From Callorhinchus milii (lineage: Eukaryota), in contig NW_024704745.1 in the NCBI RefSeq assembly GCF_018977255.1, positions 39,184,001 to 39,248,000 on the forward strand: a DNA stretch of 64,000 nt, read 5' to 3'. This document shows, piece after piece, positions 12,544 to 23,975 of this stretch (position 1 is its first letter; every line of letters begins with the position of its first letter). Below the pieces are notes generated by a model that did no database searches, was not told where the DNA came from, and saw nothing but the letters and a program-made list of their open reading frames with translations. Position numbers and translations under genes: made by a program.

Positions 12544-12924
12544 AGTATTGCAGCTCAGGGTTAGAGCACTTGCTATGCGAGCGAGAGACCTGGGTTTGAT
12601 TCCCGGCCGGGCGAAACGTTGGGCAAGTTTCCTTACTCCACATGCCTCTGTTTACTTTGCAGTAAGTAGGAACCCGATTGTTAGTCAATTGGCAGATCGC
12701 TTTTACGCGGGTAATAATTCCTTAGAAAAGTAATAATAATAAATTGATCCCTCAATCCACGACTATTTGTGTGACATTGCTGTGCGCAATTGGCTGCTGG
12801 GTTTTGCCCACAAAATTTACAGTCAATTCACTTTACAGTATGTTCTGTGAAGCGCTTTGAGGTGTGTCGAAGATGTGCTGTATCAAGTGCAAGGATTATT
12901 ACCATTATTATTATTATTATTATT
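12544..12924 (+). mobile_element. Young composite tRNA SINE, long subfamily
   Basis: tRNA head, TTGGGCAAGTTTCCTTACTCCACATGCCTCTGTTTAC...GTAAGTAGGAACCC block, Deu part, (ATT)n tail. Confidence 0.95.
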
Positions 12925-14549
12925 GGCATTGATGGTAGTGAAAGTTCTTCCAAACGTGGGGTTCAATACTGAAGCATAACTTTTCCGCTGAAATGGGCTG
13001 TGCTTGAACAAAGACTGCCTTTGTTGTACCACTTCAACTGGTAACAATCTTCAGTGTACTAGTATTCTTCTCCTTTGCCTTGACAAAGACAAATCCTACA
13101 ATCATTACCAGCAAATTGAAAGGAAATAAAATCACTACCGCCAGCCAAAAAGGGGGTAAATATATAGCAAAGTACCTGTTCAGTTAGGACAGCCCTGCTC
13201 AGGGTGCCTTTGCTCTCAATGTTGAGGACATCTCTGCAAGGAGTACTGTAAACTGCTCCTGTCTTCTCAAAGCCCCTTTAGCCCCAGGGATACACCATTT
13301 ATATTTCTCCAAAGGGATAATATTGTGGATACAGTAATGATTTCATCAAACTCAGACGGGCTGATTGATACCAAGAGATTTGAATCCAAAAAGTGTGACA
13401 TTGAACCAAATGACTCACTCATATTTTCCAACCACCACGGTCTCGAGTGTATATTATAAAAGAAAAAATATACTTTGGGGTTCAGTTGATAATTTTAATC
13501 TGTACATTCTTCATTCTCAGTGTTATGGCCTCATGTGAACCCAGCAAAGAGATTACTGTCTCATAATCATTCCCAGCTATTCATTATTCCCAACATAATC
13601 AGAAATGTCAATGAGAAGCACACATTTGTCGACTTTTACTGAAATTACTTATTTTACCCTGCAGCCTTTTAAAATTAATATACAAACACTTTCCATGTAA
13701 GTTGCATTTTGAAATGTTATAATGAGCCAATTTTGCTTCTCATAGCTTGAAAATGCTGTTATAATGAACCGATAACCTATTCGGTCAATCTTCCCCCAAA
13801 ACTGGAGCACTGTAGTTTAATTATGAACCTCACCAATGAGAATATTACGACAGAATGCTTGATCTCTACACACTTATTGCAGCTAATAAAGGTTTATAAA
13901 TTTGAAAATACAATGCATCTGCTTAGAAATGTATGCGATCATATAAATTCATAAGGCCATATAAATTAATTTACACTTGAATAAAAATAAAATGAAAGAA
14001 TGGTCCTTATAAGATTCTTTTTTTGATCTATTTGGTGCACATTGAGATGGATTGACATAATAAAGCTCCATATTGAATTCAAGCATTATCATGCATCTCT
14101 CGTTAATCAAATTTAATCTTAAGAGCCTAATGAAATATAGATAAACATAGAAAACCACTTGGCTGCATAATGTTTTCAATTCCAAACTTCCTATCTATGC
14201 TCCTCGGAAGTTGATTGAGAAAAGATTCATTCCTTGAAATTTCTCAAGTGATTATTGAGTTCACTTTGCAATTTATGAAAAATCTATAACTGGGAGTGTC
14301 TACTTAACAGACAGATAGTGTATATATATTAAGGTCTCCAATTCACATTGTTCCTATTAGAATTTCATGTATTAGGACACTTGGATCCAGTCAGTATTTA
14401 TATGATTTAGCAGTACATTACAAGGAAAGATTTTGTAATAATTTGTAATACTACCAGGGAAGGTTTGAATATTTGTAATATTTTAACATGCTAGCTTTAA
14501 GCTATATCAATATTCTAGCCTTATAATTTTACTGCTGATGAAAGAACAT

Positions 14550-14940
14550 GCATTATTATAGGTTGTAATCACATTGAACCCTCTCAAAGTGCTTCACAAT
14601 TGTTTATTGTCAAATTGTAGTGACTATTTTTGCAAATAAATGTGGCAGTCAATTTGCACCAGCAAGATTCCACAAACAGCCATGAAGAGAATGAACAATT
14701 AATTGGCAGGATTAACTGTCCAGACAAACAGCCTTCTCTTTTAGAATTATGCCATAAGATTGTTAACATTTCACTAAAAAACAGGATCTCAGTTTAGCAT
14801 TGCATCCATAAAACAAGATCTCCAACAATACAGTGCCCCTCCACCCCCAGCACTGCAATCCACTGTCAACCAGACTATGAGCTCATGTGCAACCTGAGGC
14901 TTGAAACTACAATCTTCTTACCCAGAGTTAAGAGAGCTAT
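14550..14940 (-). mobile_element. Old DeuSINE
   Basis: CTCAAAGTGCTTCACA...GCAGTCAATTTGCACCAGCAAGATTCCACAAACAGC...GCCATAAGATTGTTAACAT, then a degenerate tRNA head. Confidence 0.75.
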
Positions 14941-15142
14941 GATCCTCATAACAGCAGGGCTTTCATCTGACCCTTGGTAATTTAAAGGGTGAGGACACAA
15001 AATTATTTGGTGTCAATATCTTGGTCCAATCCTTGATACTCAAGTGGTGTAAGGATATGTATATCTCAGTCCTTACCTGATCAGTAATGTAGGTGAAAAT
15101 ACTTCTGCACACTATTCTATATAAAGTCATCTAATACCAAAC

Positions 15143-15235
15143 TGGCTTAATTGGTATCACTCTCACTTCTGGATCTAATGGTTGTAGGATCAAGTATTTG
15201 GACTTAACCTTCTAGTCCGTCTTGACACTCCAGTG
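15143..15235 (+). mobile_element. DeuSINE tRNA head fragment
   Basis: GGCTTAATTGGTATCACTCTCACTTCTGGATC..GGTTGTAGGATCAAG...TGACACTCCAGTG. Confidence 0.55.
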
Positions 15236-15884
15236 AGCAAAACTGTGTATGTGAATGGACTGGAATAGATGATGTATCTGCTTCCTGGGACTGAATTCAT
15301 GCTTAGACTATGAGGGAAAGCTGCATGGTAGTTAGCACTGTATGTTTCACATCTGCATTTTGAGTATTACAGAATTGGAATCAGAATCAAAACCTTGTCT
15401 GAATTGACCTTATCTCTGAATGCTTATCAATGTTTTTAGAATGGGATGAAAATCAAGAAAAACTGTATGTCTCATATGCTGAATTTAAAGGAAGAAAGCC
15501 AAGGGGAATGCTAATAGTGTGATACTATCAGTAACTTTCAATATTCTCTTAATGTAACTCTTGTCTGCTGAGATCTGAAACAATAAGATTTTTGAATAGT
15601 CTGTTTTGCTAACCTGCCTTCATGTGGGAATATCAGCAGAAACAGCTGTTTTAAACAGAAAAAATTCAAGCTCCTTTCAATTTAAACAGTGACTTTGATG
15701 AGAGTCCAACCAACACTCACTCCCCAACTTACTTTATTGATATAGGTTACTGTTCTAGATTATATCATGTACATCATGGAGCTGCTCCATTTATGTAGCA
15801 GAAAGTTAGACTTTTAAACCATCCTGAATGCAATGCAAAGTTACATGAACGACTAATATACAATACAACAGAAATAATATAATC

Positions 15885-16210
15885 AGATGAGATGTTAAAC
15901 CGAGATCGCACCTGTGTCTGTTAAAGATGCCATGGCATTACTTGAAAAGAGGAGAGAGTTTCTCCTGGTATCTTGGTTAACAATCACCCAGATAAAATTA
16001 GTTATTTGTTTCATGGATGTTTGTGGGACATTGGTATGTGTAACTGGGTTGCCACATTCACCTACAAATACAGCCCTCCACTTCACCTACAAATAGGCTC
16101 TCACAAAATATACAGTCAATTGATTTTACAGTATATTCTGTGGAGTGCTTTGTGATAAATCGAAGGAGTGATAAGGCGCTATATCAAATGCAAGGATTAT
16201 TAATATTATT
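15885..16210 (+). mobile_element. Old DeuSINE body and tail
   Basis: GATGAGATGTTAAACCGAG...AAAGATGCCATGGCATTA...GGCGCTATATCAAATGCAAGGATTAT. Confidence 0.85.
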
Positions 16211-17459
16211 GAATACACAATCACTCCACTTTAGAGTATATCCTGATGTGAAAGGTGCGATATCAAATGTAAGGATTATTATTGTTCTATTATTAATATA
16301 ATTTGTCCTGGCTATGTGCTGGTGTGCACTTTCCCGTATTGTTTTCTGGCTCTGCAGCCTCTGAATTGGCATTCGCACCATCCAACACACAAATTCTAGT
16401 GAATGAAAGCCATTCTACAATGCATTCATAACCTAAGGTCATGTGAAAGTCACACAACAAAATTTCAGTAAAAACTATAGAGAGAGATTGCAATGTAAAA
16501 CGGTTTGGCATTGTCAATAAACTGTGATAATTGTGGCAGTTGTTCTTTGCCACAAGAATGCTTAAGGTATTGACACCGCAAGAGTTCATTCACTGCATTT
16601 CATATGAATTTAGTTATATCAGGGAAGAGGAAAAGTATCGCATTTGTGTATCATGTCAAAGTGTTAGTCCCAGCTCTGGCTGTTTGTCTTATCGTTACCT
16701 TTTCATGTGGAGGCTTCATGAGTGTCAGTTCTCAGGATACATTTCCTGTTTGAATGATAAGAGTTAGCTCATGTCAGAGCTATCTGATGGGAACGAGTAG
16801 CCTGGGAACCAAGGAAAGGAGAGGAAACATTGACATTCTGATGGTGTAACACAGTTCTGTGAGTTCTGAACAGATCACAGTTTTAAGGAGGCTATTTTAT
16901 GAACCTGTCTATGTGGGAATTATCAGCAGCGGCAACCATTCACAGGAAGAGAATGGAAATCAAAAGCCTACTCCTGTGTATTTTTTGCAGTGACAGACTG
17001 AAGAGCAGCATTGACAGAGCACTGGTCCCTGGAGATTCTCTGTATAATGTGGGGAAAACAAGTCGTTAGGTAAAAGGAGAACATTTAAAATATTTAAATG
17101 AAAAAATTAAAATAAACAAATGAATTACACAAAAAGTGCAAAAAAACAAATCCATTTTCCCACAAATTCTAGAATCACTGGAATACCCTGTGAAGCACTT
17201 TAAGAAGCCTCCCAATGTAGAAGGTGTTATATCAGATGTAGGGATTACGTTGCTATTATTTCAAAACACCAAAATGTAGTAAATGAGTTGTGAATGCAGT
17301 GCAGTAAAATCATTAACTCCATAATGACCTTCCATCCACGTGCTAAGTTTCTAGTTTGGAAAACGCACCAACAGTGAGCTCTGATAAATGTCTCAACATG
17401 CTTAACAACCTTGTATAAGGTCAGTGAGGCAATTGCCTAGTTTAGCAGATTAAGGCCTT

Positions 17460-17712
17460 GTGTAGAAACCCATCACCATGCTTAAGAGTATCCAAACTAA
17501 ACTAAGAATTCCATGTATCCCACCTACACATGGAAATTCCAGAGATAGATTGTAGGAATGGAATGTACACTTGCGTCCCGGAGGGATGCATCCTGCTTAC
17601 CTAATACCAGAAAATAGTAGGTGCCGGTTGGTAAGAGCCAAGGCTTGGGGACTCCAATGTGTGAGTTGGGATACTGCTGGAGTCTAACCAATTAAAACTG
17701 CATAGTTTGCCT
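17460..17712 (+). repeat. Unclassified old interspersed repeat, copy 1 of 4
   Basis: Similar to 24490-24965, 34560-34815 (reverse) and 41728-41880. Shared blocks are AAACCCAT..CCATGCTTA, GAATGGAATGTACAC, CATCCTGCTTA.CTAAT and TGGGATACTGCTGGA. Confidence 0.8.
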
Positions 17713-17778
17713 TTCATGTTAAATATGGATCTCCTCGCTCAATATCTCAATAAATAAGGGACTCCCAAGCCTACAGTA

Positions 17779-17931
17779 CCCCAGATAAAAATGGTCATTC
17801 ACTTCATGGCTATTTGTGAGACATTGCTGTGTGCAAATTAGCTGCTGTGCTCACCTACAAAATGCAGTCACTATACTTTACAGTAAATCCTGTGAAAGGC
17901 ACTATACAAAATGCAAATAATCATTATTATT
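17779..17931 (+). mobile_element. DeuSINE 3' half
   Basis: CCCAGATAAAAATGGTCATTCAC...TTGCTGTGTGCAAATTAGCTGC...AAATGCAAATAATCATTATTA. Confidence 0.75.
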
Positions 17932-19267
17932 AATACTAATAATAGTAATAAATAGGGGCCTGCCAAACAGATCACCCAACTGAGATTTTTCAGGTCAGGA
18001 GCCAAGTGACTAACATTGGTAAAAACAGCAATAACATATAATCTATTACGTTTCTTCTCAATCCTCAAAGACCCAAATCCCAAAATTTGAATCTCACTGA
18101 CAAGTAGCACTGTTCAAGTAGAACTATTATTATTCTACAAATCATTGGACCATTTGAGATTAAACATAGCCTTGTAATCTTCAACCCCTTTCTGAACCAG
18201 ATACTTATCCAGCTCCTGTTTTTAAATGCACTGGCCAGCATTTCATGGATTTTTTTTGACAGGAATTTATTATATTCACAAATCCCTGCTCCAGGATGGG
18301 AGGGGATAGGTGAAAAAAACTCTTCTAATCACACATTTTGAGGTTTCTTACATTTGTATACAAAAGTCATTTTTTACATTTGGGAAAATTTTAAATAAAG
18401 AAAATAATTCTCGCTGCATCCCATAGTCTCATCTTGCCACATTTGTACTTTAGCACAGTTTGGAAAGAGAAAACTTTCAGGAATCTAATATTTCACTTAG
18501 AAACTGGAATGTGCTGCCCACTGAGACCGGAACTAAGGGTCAGAGGTTATCTGTCAGTACTTGGGGATCAGCCTCTTTTCTAATGATTAGTCTTCATCTC
18601 ACATTATTGGTTTGTCAAACATAGTCTCTGACATTTGAGAATAATCCTATGAGCATAACCATGGGCTGTTATAATGATTTGCTTCAAAGAAGTTCCTCTG
18701 TTTTCTTCAGTAGGGAAAATGAACAACATATATATTTTTGAGTGTTCAGTCTAATGTTTTCTTACAAAATCTACAAATGGTCTTGTAAATACATGGAAAT
18801 TAATGTGTGTAGACGAACATTTATTTAAAGATGCCAATACACTTACTCTTCCACAGTTACATTGCACCAGTGAATGCTTGTCAGGTCAGACATAAGCGAC
18901 ACAACATAATTGAAGAGCACAAAATTCATCTTTCAAAATATTCTGTGAATACTGCTGCTAGGTTCTATTCCATCGCTAAAGAAAGAACTTTCATTTTTAT
19001 AGTGACTTATCTTTTGTTTTTGATGTGCAGAGTACAAGTTGAGTGCAAGAGCAAAGTTAAGTGCTTTATTTTAAGCACAATTAAATGATGTCAGACTGTA
19101 AGGTACGTTAAAATGAATGCCATTTACTACATTGTGTAGTGTCAGGCATGTACATGGGTAATGTTTGTTCTTGAAGTTAGCCCTTGTGTATACTGAAGCT
19201 CTACATACTGACTCTATAAATGTCCTCTGAGCTCTTCCCTGACTGACAGAGTAACACTGGCAAATAC

Positions 19268-19629
19268 GTGCTTAGTGGTTAGAGCACTCGTCTAGTAAGC
19301 GGGAGGAACTGGATTCGATTCCCGGGTAGGGCGAAACATTAGGCAAGTTTCCTTACTCCATATATCTCTGTTTACCTAGCAGTAAATAGGAACCCAGTTG
19401 TTAGTCGATTGACGGATCGCTTTTCTGGGGATAATAATCCCTTCAAAGATAATAATAATAATTCAGTCGCTCAATCCATAACTGTTTGTGGGACACTGGT
19501 GTGCGCAATTGGCTTCCCTGTTTCGTCCACGAAATATAGAGTCAAGCCACTTTACATTATATTCTATGAAGTGCTTTGAGACATCTCGAAGATGTGATAA
19601 GGTGCTATATCAAATGCAAGGATTATTAT
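19268..19629 (+). mobile_element. Young composite tRNA SINE, long subfamily
   Basis: AGTGGTTAGAGCACTCG..GGATTCGATTCCC, CTCTGTTTACCTAGCAGTAAATAGGAACCC, Deu part, tail. Confidence 0.95.
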
Positions 19630-19682
19630 AGCTAACACAGGATATAGGATGTCCAGAACTATTGTTAGCTTATCTAATAATA

Positions 19683-19775
19683 AATAATAATCCTTGAATT
19701 TCATATAGGGCCTTATTACATCATCAAAACAGCTCAAAGAGCTTCACAGGATTTTACTATAAAGTGTAGTGACTG
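19683..19775 (-). mobile_element. SINE 3' tail fragment, inverted relative to the preceding copy
   Basis: ATAATAATCCTTGAATTTCATATAG...CTCAAAGAGCTTCACAGG. Confidence 0.75.
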
Positions 19776-20184
19776 TGCAATTATCTGCAACTAACCCTGA
19801 TGGATTTGCAGTAGGTTTCTGATGCAGCGATGTCCATTGGTTCGGTGCGCTCGGTACTGTACAATATTATTCTTATTAATGCATTAGTTAAAACATCATC
19901 CTGAAGGCTAAGTAAATATACTTGGCATGCGGCAGAGATGGGGTAAAAGTCATACCTATGTTATAGCTCCAAACAAATTTCAATGATTCACAGTACTCCC
20001 AACATTTTATGATATACAGTAATATAATAATCCTTGTATTTGATATAGTGCCTTATCACATCTTCAATACGTCTCAAAGATATGTGATAGACATGTTCAG
20101 CATGCTTTTCAGAAATATAAGAGTGGTCACAAGAAAGTCAGGGGCCAAGTTCCAGCAAGTTTTTTTAAAATTGACCACTGTTTA

Positions 20185-20400
20185 AATGTGATGATTGATG
20201 AGCGGTACAATGATAAATTCCGCATCTGTTGAAAACTATTTATTGTTCAAATACAACGACAAGATAGATGATCCCGATGCAAAGCCTTTTCCCCAGAAGT
20301 AGATCAGTTAGCAACCATGGTCCACACTTGCCAAGTTAAACCATCAATCAGCTATTACATTCTGAGAAGTATTTGATTTACATTGACACCACGTTCAATA
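20185..20400. promoter_or_regulatory. Candidate Pbx-Hox/Meis enhancer
   Basis: TGATTGATGA (20192), TGATAAAT (20211), CCATCAATCA (20341), TGATTTAC (20374) beside TTGACA (20383), and GTTAGCAAC (20307). Motif evidence only. Confidence 0.35.
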
Positions 20401-20927
20401 TCGCTGAGCAGGCACAATTTGGCACTTGCATCTCAAGATACAAGAAGGAAACTGAGTCCAGTATATTTTATTAACATTTTACAAACGTTTTTCTTGTCTG
20501 ATAATCGAATTTCATTTTTTCTTGAATTTTTGCAATATATTAAAAAAAATTCAACTGCTTCAGGCATATTCTAACTATTCTAGGTGAATGGGGTGACATG
20601 TGATATAAGGATGAAATGTATACCATTTGTTACCTTACACAAGGGAGACATTATGAGTTGTTGGCAATTTCTTACCTGGTCTTAATTCTTGCCAGCATAC
20701 ACTAACCCGTCAATCAGTGCAGACTGCTGACATGTCAATACCCATAGTGAGCATCCTGAAATTTCCTCCACACCACTGTGTCCATCTGGAGTTATCAAGG
20801 AAGATTTTTGGCTGAAATAAATGTACAGAAACTAGTTTTATTTCATCAATTTCCAATCTGTTTATTGATCTTCATTGGCAAAGTACAAAACATAGTTTCA
20901 GAGATTGTCTAGGACACCACCATTGTG

Positions 20928-22615
20928 ACAACAACAACTTGCAAATTTCTATAGCCCCACTCACGCGGGGTAGGGTCACAGTACGTTCGACAGTGGCAGA
21001 GAAGGACCCCGAGCCAGGAGAAGGGGGAGGTGACCGTAAGCATGGTCGAGGAGGAAGGTCTTCAGGCGCGACTTGAAGATGTGGAAGGAAGGGGCAAGAT
21101 GGAGGGATAAAGTAAGAGTGTTCTAGAGTTTTGGTGTGAAGTAGCTGAAAGTGTAGCCACCGATGGTGGAATGGAGGGTACGAGGGACATGCAGAAGGCT
21201 GGGGCCAGTCGAGCGGAGGCAGCAGGTAGTAAGTTGGGGGTAAGCACCACAAAGGGATTTGAAAACAAGTGTGAGGATCTTAATAATAATAATCCTTGCA
21301 TTTGATATAGCACTTTTCACTTCTTCTCAACGTCTCAAAGTGCTTCACAGAATAGACTGTAAAGTGAATTGACCGTATATTTGTGGGCGAAATGCGGCAG
21401 CCAATTGCGCACAGCAGTGTCCCAAAACAGTTGTGGATTGAAAATGACCAATTTATTATTGTTTTTATTTTGAAGGGATTATTATGAGGTGTGTGGAGTA
21501 AGGAAACTTGCCCAAGCTTTCACCCTGCCTGGAATTGAACTCAGGTGTCTCGCTTGCAAGGCGAGTGCTCTAACCACTGAACTACAGGACTCTTGAAACT
21601 GATCCATTCGGTGATAGGGAGCTAGTGGAGCCTGACGAGAACCACTGCAATAGGAGTACGGAGTTTAGTGCAAGTGAGTAGTCGGGCAGCGGAGCTTTGG
21701 ATTAGCTGGATCCTATGCATGGAGAAGCGTGGGAGACCGGCAAACAGGGCATTTGAAAAGTCAAGACGGGAGGTGACTAACGCTTGAACAAGTGATTTGG
21801 GTGAGTCTGGTGTAAGGTAAGCTAGAGGCAGGCAATGTGGCAGAGGTGGAGGAGGTCCTGTTCAGGGACCAGATGTGGGGAAGGAAGGACAGCTGAGGGT
21901 TGATGCTTCGATTACGCACCGGATGGTAAGTCTGAGAGATAGACCGGGGAGGTTGAGGAAGTCAGAGCCGCAGGACAGTAGGAATTGACGGGAGCCAAGG
22001 CATATGGCTTCCATCTTGTCAACATTTAGCTGTAAGAAGTTTGCAATCATCCAGGCCCTGATGTCTACCAGACAAACCGACGGGACATCGGCGGACCTGG
22101 AGTTGCAGTTGGAGGAGGAGAAGTAGATTTGTGTGTCAACTGCATACATGAGAAAGTTTACCCCATGTCTGCGGATGACATCACTAAGAGGGAGCATGTC
22201 GATGAGAAAGGTGAAGGGTCCAAGGATGGAGCCCTGAGGTAGTGGAGGGTGAGGGTGATTGGGAAGGGTAAGAAAGTGGATTAGGGAAGGGGTGTTTGCC
22301 TTTCGGAGGTGGGGGAGATGGCTGTGTTGGGGAGAGTGGACAATGGGGCAGTTGGGGTGGCTGCTTTGGGACAACCATTGCTGATGCCCAGGCTGGAGCA
22401 GAGGGAGGCAGTGATGAGGAGAGAGAGAGAAGGTGAGGAGGGCGGTGAGAGCGAAGAACTGATTGGGAGACGCAGTGTGAGGGGAGTAGAAGGGGGTGCA
22501 TTTTCAGAGGGGGAGAGCAGCTCGGGTTGGGGCGGCAACCAAAACGTGCATGTGGAGACTGGAAGTAAGGCATTTAGTGAGACATGGTCATCCCACAGGC
22601 AAGGCGGGGGCTAGG
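20928..22615 (-). mobile_element. L2 LINE (RT domain to 3' tail), interrupted by a SINE
   Basis: PQGSILGP, YAVDTQIY and NFLQLNVDK on the minus strand; (AAC)n tail at 20928. Confidence 0.93.
21281..21592 (-). mobile_element. Young composite tRNA SINE, short subfamily, nested in L2
   Basis: Full head-to-tail copy. Host L2 GAGGATCTT|GAAACTGATCC is split, with TCTT duplicated at 21278-21281 and 21591-21594. Confidence 0.95.
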
Positions 22616-22800
22616 GCAGACAGGTCAGTATGATATGCATGATGTACTTCTGCTTATGGGAGAAATCCTCATTTGGATTTCTTAGTAAGGAATACTGATA
22701 GAAACTTAAATTCAAACTTAGTTTGCTCACTGCTATCTCTTATATACTAGTCCTAATCTGGATGTTCTGTCAATGATGAGCTATATTGTCATAACATTGA

Positions 22801-23114
22801 TGTAGCTCAGTGGTTAAGGCACTCGCCTCTCAAGTGAGAGACCTGGGTTCGATTCCCGGCAGCGCAAAACCTTGGGCAAGTTTCCTTACTCCATTACTCC
22901 ACATGCCTAATAATAATCCCTCAAGAAAAAAAACAATAATAAACTGGTCACTTCAATCCATGACTGTTTATGGGACACTGCCTTGCACAATTGGTTGCTG
23001 CATTTTGCCCACAAATATACAGTCAATTCACTTCACAGTATATTCTGTGAAGCGCTTTGAGATGTCTAGAAGATGTGAAAAGTGCTATATCAAATGCAAG
23101 GATTATTATTATTA
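22801..23114 (+). mobile_element. Young composite tRNA SINE, short subfamily
   Basis: TGTAGCTCAGTGGTTAAG..GGGTTCGATTCCC, short body, (ATT)n tail; internal TTACTCCA duplication. Confidence 0.95.
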
Positions 23115-23889
23115 TGCCTTATAAACATCATAATCTGTTTTGCAAACCACATATCCCTTTAAGGTTACTGTAAATGTCATAATTATTTACAATTGTTATA
23201 ATCCTAATGTACTTAAAATATCCAAATTAAAACCTTGCACATACTTTATTCAGATCACGGTTTGAGAAAATCCAGGTAAGAAAATATTTTATATTATCAT
23301 TGCTATTTTAAGTATTGCTTCAGTTTATTTTGTTGTGTCCTAATCCAATAATTGAGGTTGGTGCTTTCCTACTGCTGACAATTTAGACAAGCCTTTCAAA
23401 CTGATTGAAAAGCTTGATGGAGAACCCAAATTCCAATTAATGTCACAGAGATGTCAGGACCACACAGTGTGCAACACTCCACAAACAAACATTGGAGCCC
23501 CTTATTTCCCAGTCAGACTGCTAACACAGGCCCCCTGCAGCTTCGATTTATGTTAGGAGTAGATAGCAAAAATGCGTGACCTTTTGTAAGTGTTTTTGTA
23601 ACAGAAAAAAAACAGAAGGACAAATGAAAGTCTTGTGGAACACATATCTGAGTGTAAAGTGTCATGTTGTGTTTGCCTCAAAGGCTTTTTTGTCTAAAAA
23701 TTTAGGATGACACAAAAAAACTAGTCTATTTAGCATGAATTTTGATGTTGAATCTTTACAAAAATGGTAGAAAACAAACTCTAAATTAAGAGTGTTTGAA
23801 AGGATTGTTAATTCTGCGTGATTATAACTTTCAATAAAAATAAAAAGCTTGCAATTGACATAGGGTCTATAACGTTGCAATATCTAACA

Positions 23890-23975
23890 GCATCGGAGAG
23901 GTAGGGAAGTGCCAGGCCATGAAGAGATTTGAAAAAGAGTGTGAGGATCTTGAAATCGATCTGTTCGGTGATAGA
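23890..23975 (-). mobile_element. L2 fragment
   Basis: AGGCCATGAAGAGATTTGAAAAAGAGTGTGAGGATCTTGAAATCGATCTG matches the other L2 copies. Confidence 0.6.

Noticed and set aside
23254-23275. 22-nt plus-strand micro-exon (TTCAG|...CAG|GTAAGA)
   Set aside because: It is frame-shifting, has no partner exons, and is expected by chance.
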